A DNA stretch of 64,000 bases, taken from Nitrosopumilus sp. GTDB taxonomy: Archaea > Thermoproteota > Nitrososphaeria > Nitrososphaerales > Nitrosopumilaceae. The stretch is from assembly GCA_965223425.1 (NCBI GenBank), contig OZ245003.1, positions 1,088,001 to 1,152,000 on the forward strand, read 5' to 3'. The notes beneath the pieces were generated by a model, which saw only the letters and a program-made list of their open reading frames with translations, made no database searches and was not told where the DNA came from. This document shows, in pieces, positions 60,607 through 64,000 of this stretch. Position 1 is the first letter of the stretch, and every line of letters starts with the position of its first letter. Both the position numbers and the translations under genes were made by a program.

Positions 60607-63108
60607 GTGGATATTGCCCCGATTAGTTATGACCTGACCTTTGAGCCAGATCTTAAAAAATTCACGTTTGAAGGAATCGAGTCAGTTTCAGCAAATTGCA
60701 AAAAATCTACAAATACAATAACCATGAATTGTGCTGAACTAAAAATAAAATCCTGTCAAGTAAAATCTTCTGGAAAAATCATCAAATCCACTCCTAAAAC
60801 AAGTGAAAAAAAAGAAGAATTACAAATCAAACTAAGTGAAAAAATTAAGGGCAAAGTCACCATACATTTGGAGTTTCAAGGAATCCTAAATGATAGACTA
60901 CTTGGCTTTTATCGCAGTCAATACAAACAAGGTGGAAGAACAAAATATCTTGCAACAACACAGTTTGAAGCAGCAGATGCCAGACGTGCATTTCCTTGTT
61001 GGGATGAACCTGAAGCAAAAGCAACATTTGGAATTTCAATAATTGCAGACAACAAATTTACCGCAATTTCTAACATGCCAGTAAAATCAAAGAAAAAGAC
61101 TGGAAACAAAACACTTTACACATTTGGAAGGACTCCGATTGTTTCAACATATCTGATCTACCTTGGTGTTGGCGAATTTGAATATCTCGCTGGAAAGATT
61201 GGCAAAATACAGATTAGAGTTGTAACAACAAAGGGAAACAAGTCAAAAGGAAGGTTTTCATTAGAATTAGGAAAAAAGCTTCTTACTTCTTATGAAAAAT
61301 ATTTTGGAATAAGATACCCATTGCCAAAACTTGACCTGATTGCTGTTCCTGATTTTGCAGCAGGTGCTATGGAAAATTGGGGCGCCATAACTTTTAGAGA
61401 AACAATTTTACTTTACGATCCTAAAACATCTTCTACCAGAACTAAGCAGTTTATCGCCGAAGTAATCTCACATGAAATTGCACATCAGTGGTTTGGAAAT
61501 CTTGTTACCATGAAATGGTGGAATGACTTGTGGTTAAATGAAAGCTTTGCCACCTTTATGGCAACCAAATTCGTTGACAAATTCTATCCTGAATGGGATT
61601 TGTGGAATCAGTTTGTCGAGGATGCAATGAATGTTGCAATGGGACTTGATTCATTAAAGACCACTCACCCAATTGATGTGAAAGTAAACTCCCCTGCAGA
61701 AATTAGAGAGATTTTTGATGCAATTTCATACGATAAAGGTGGCTGTGTATTGCGAATGCTTGAGCACTATGTGGGCGAACCTAATTTTAGAAAGGGCCTC
61801 AAAAAATATCTCTCCGATTTCAAATACAGAAATGCTGAAGGAGTTGATTTGTGGAATGCAATTGGCAAAGCATCAAAAATGCCTGTTACGTCTATGATAA
61901 ACACGTGGCTCAAACAACCTGGATTTCCGCTAGTTGAGATTAATCAAGATGGAAACGTTTTGAAACTTGAGCAAAAACGCTACTTGCTTGAACCTGATAG
62001 AAAATTCGGCAAAGGTTTGTGGTCCATCCCATTATCCTTGGGTTTAGACAGTGAGATTTCCAAAAAACTGTTCTCTAAAAAATCAATGTCAACAAAACTT
62101 CCAAAAGACACGATAGGTTTTGTTGCAAACTATGGGCGAAAAGGGTTTTACCGTGTAAAATATGATGAAGGAATTTTACTTGATTTGAAGATGCTTGTAG
62201 ATGAAAAACGCATTCCACCTATTGATAGATGGGCAATCCAAAATGATTTGTTTTCTCTTTGTGTTTCTGGAGATGAAAAAGTTAGGAACTATCTTGATTT
62301 TTCAGATGCATATTTTGATGAAGACAGCTATCTTGCATCAGTTAATGTTGCGCATAATCTGGCTTCGTTATATTTTCGCGTTTTTGATGAAAAATTTGTA
62401 GATAAAGTTCATGACTATGCAATCAATTACTTTAGAAAAATTTTGTCTAATTTGGGATGGGAACCTAAAAAATCAGATAAACACACTGATGCACTACTAC
62501 GCTCTTTTATAATTTCCACATTGGGAAAAATGGATGATGAGGAAGTTACTAAAGAATCTCTTAAACGATATTCCAAATTCTTAAAATCTCCCGGCTCTTT
62601 GCCTCCTGATCTGGTGGAGCCAATATGTTCAATTGCGGCATGGAATGGAAATGCAAAAACTTATTCTGAATTGACAAAACTATACAAAAATGCAAAAACT
62701 ACGGAGGAGAAACTTCGTTTCTTAGGTGCCATGTGTGGGTTCAAAGACAAAAAACTTCTCATAAAGTCCCTTGACTTTTCTCAAACCTCAGAGGTTCGCT
62801 CACAAAACATGCAATTGCCAATAATGAAAGTTGCCGCAAATCCTTATGGTGACAAAGTATTGTGGCCATGGCTTAAGAAAAATTGGAAGAAGCTAAACAA
62901 AAAAGTTGGGCATGGTAATCCTTTGTTTAATAGAATCGTGGCCAGCATTTCTTCTGTAGCTGACGATTCAATGGAAGAAGAAATTAAGCAGTTTTTCAAA
63001 AAGAATCCCACTCCTGGAACAGAACGTACACAAGCACAAACCCTTGAACGAATACGAATAAGCTCAAAATTGCTTAGAAATATGAGAAAAGAGTTCAGAC
63101 ATGGCTAA
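60607..63108 (+). CDS. M1-family aminopeptidase
   Basis: GAMENWG and HEIAHQW...LNES zinc motif; ERAP1-like C-terminus. Confidence 0.95.
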   Translation: MDIAPISYDLTFEPDLKKFTFEGIESVSANCKKSTNTITMNCAELKIKSCQVKSSGKIIKSTPKTSEKKEELQIKLSEKIKGKVTIHLEFQGILNDRLLGFYRSQYKQGGRTKYLATTQFEAADARRAFPCWDEPEAKATFGISIIADNKFTAISNMPVKSKKKTGNKTLYTFGRTPIVSTYLIYLGVGEFEYLAGKIGKIQIRVVTTKGNKSKGRFSLELGKKLLTSYEKYFGIRYPLPKLDLIAVPDFAAGAMENWGAITFRETILLYDPKTSSTRTKQFIAEVISHEIAHQWFGNLVTMKWWNDLWLNESFATFMATKFVDKFYPEWDLWNQFVEDAMNVAMGLDSLKTTHPIDVKVNSPAEIREIFDAISYDKGGCVLRMLEHYVGEPNFRKGLKKYLSDFKYRNAEGVDLWNAIGKASKMPVTSMINTWLKQPGFPLVEINQDGNVLKLEQKRYLLEPDRKFGKGLWSIPLSLGLDSEISKKLFSKKSMSTKLPKDTIGFVANYGRKGFYRVKYDEGILLDLKMLVDEKRIPPIDRWAIQNDLFSLCVSGDEKVRNYLDFSDAYFDEDSYLASVNVAHNLASLYFRVFDEKFVDKVHDYAINYFRKILSNLGWEPKKSDKHTDALLRSFIISTLGKMDDEEVTKESLKRYSKFLKSPGSLPPDLVEPICSIAAWNGNAKTYSELTKLYKNAKTTEEKLRFLGAMCGFKDKKLLIKSLDFSQTSEVRSQNMQLPIMKVAANPYGDKVLWPWLKKNWKKLNKKVGHGNPLFNRIVASISSVADDSMEEEIKQFFKKNPTPGTERTQAQTLERIRISSKLLRNMRKEFRHG

Positions 63109-63508
63109 AAAATTTGGCGCCCCAATTTTCCTTGGGCTAATTACTGTCTTGGCGCTGGTTTTTTTGACTGGCGGAGGAACAGATGATAAAGACATTCTTC
63201 GTCAAACGTTTCAGATAGAGGCAATATACCATGATTCTAGTTATGTTGAGATCTCTTATTTGGATAAATCTGAAAAGACAAATTCCGTTGTTATGGAAAT
63301 TCTTGGAATGGAGGAATCATTTCAAAAGACATTCTCTGACTCGGAATTTATAGAAATTGTACCATTCCCAAACCCCTCCAAATATGGTTGGCCAATACAT
63401 CCTGTAGTTTTTGAAATTGAACATGAAGAGTTGGGCCACATTCAATTAAAAACCGAAATTCATTCTCCTGATGAACCCATCCCCACTGTAATCTATTCTA
63501 GACCCTAG
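63101..63508 (+). CDS. Hypothetical membrane-anchored protein
   Basis: 135 aa with an N-terminal TM helix. Confidence 0.65.
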   Translation: MAKKFGAPIFLGLITVLALVFLTGGGTDDKDILRQTFQIEAIYHDSSYVEISYLDKSEKTNSVVMEILGMEESFQKTFSDSEFIEIVPFPNPSKYGWPIHPVVFEIEHEELGHIQLKTEIHSPDEPIPTVIYSRP

Positions 63509-63553
63509 ATCAGAACACAAGATTTTATTGCACCTCTAAAACTTTACAGTATA

Positions 63554-64000
63554 TTGGACTTGCTTGGTGATCTAAAGAAAGGAAAGCGTGGAGCGATTGC
63601 AAAAGCTATAACCATAATTGAAAATGATCCAAAAGAAGCAAAAAAACTCTTGAAGAAAATTTTCAAGAACACTGGAAATTCTATTGTTATTGGCATTACT
63701 GGTCCTGCTGGCGCTGGAAAAAGTTCTTTGATCAACAAAACTGCTGTAAGTCTGAAAAAATTAGGTATAAAACCTGCTGTTTTGGCAGTTGATCCAACTA
63801 GTCATGTTACTGGCGGTGCAATACTGGGCGATAGAGTTAGAATGACTGAATCTACAGATTCTGGAACATACATCCGAAGCATTGCATCCCGCGGCGCAAC
63901 TGGTGCAATATCTAACTCGTTACGAAACAGTATTCGTATTTTAGAATATTCGGGCTTTGATCCAATTATCATTGAAAGCGTTGGAGCCGGGCAGACTGAA
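63554..64000 (+). CDS. meaB: MeaB/ArgK G-protein chaperone of methylmalonyl-CoA mutase (partial)
   Basis: ITGPAGAGKS, AVDPTS..TGGAILGDRVRM and IESVGAGQ; runs off the end of the window. Confidence 0.9.
   Translation, partial: MDLLGDLKKGKRGAIAKAITIIENDPKEAKKLLKKIFKNTGNSIVIGITGPAGAGKSSLINKTAVSLKKLGIKPAVLAVDPTSHVTGGAILGDRVRMTESTDSGTYIRSIASRGATGAISNSLRNSIRILEYSGFDPIIIESVGAGQTE

Overview
This is chromosomal DNA from an ammonia-oxidising archaeon (Nitrosopumilaceae-like, inferred from gene content). The AT-rich core carries a NirK-type multicopper oxidase (partial), a D-2-hydroxyacid dehydrogenase, rpl15e, nurA-herA-mre11-rad50, nadX/nadA/nadC/nadE, rpoE'/spt4, cysS, metG, ahcY, ilvC, a methylmalonyl-CoA mutase B12-binding subunit, an M1 aminopeptidase and meaB (partial). 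It is punctuated by visibly GC-richer IS pile-ups at about 4.3-13.5, 27.7-36.3, 44.7-47.0 and 57.2-58.3 kb. These comprise three IS630 lineages, IS5, ISH3 and IS66 elements, an IS6-like remnant and several MITEs, many nested or pseudogenised, as expected in a host-associated genome in early decay. Most notable: (1) a cassette of a COMMD-like protein, a DUF5678-like protein and a retropepsin protease; (2) a cassette flanked by long inverted repeats that, once insertions are removed, encodes a wHTH/UPF0175 protein, a DUF3368-type PIN nuclease and a degenerate TGT-fold protein; (3) IS630 elements whose empty sites show CA or CG rather than TA duplications; (4) a tRNA-like gene with a Ser-type body and a GAA (Phe) anticodon. 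All family assignments were made by eye from motifs; no database searches were run.
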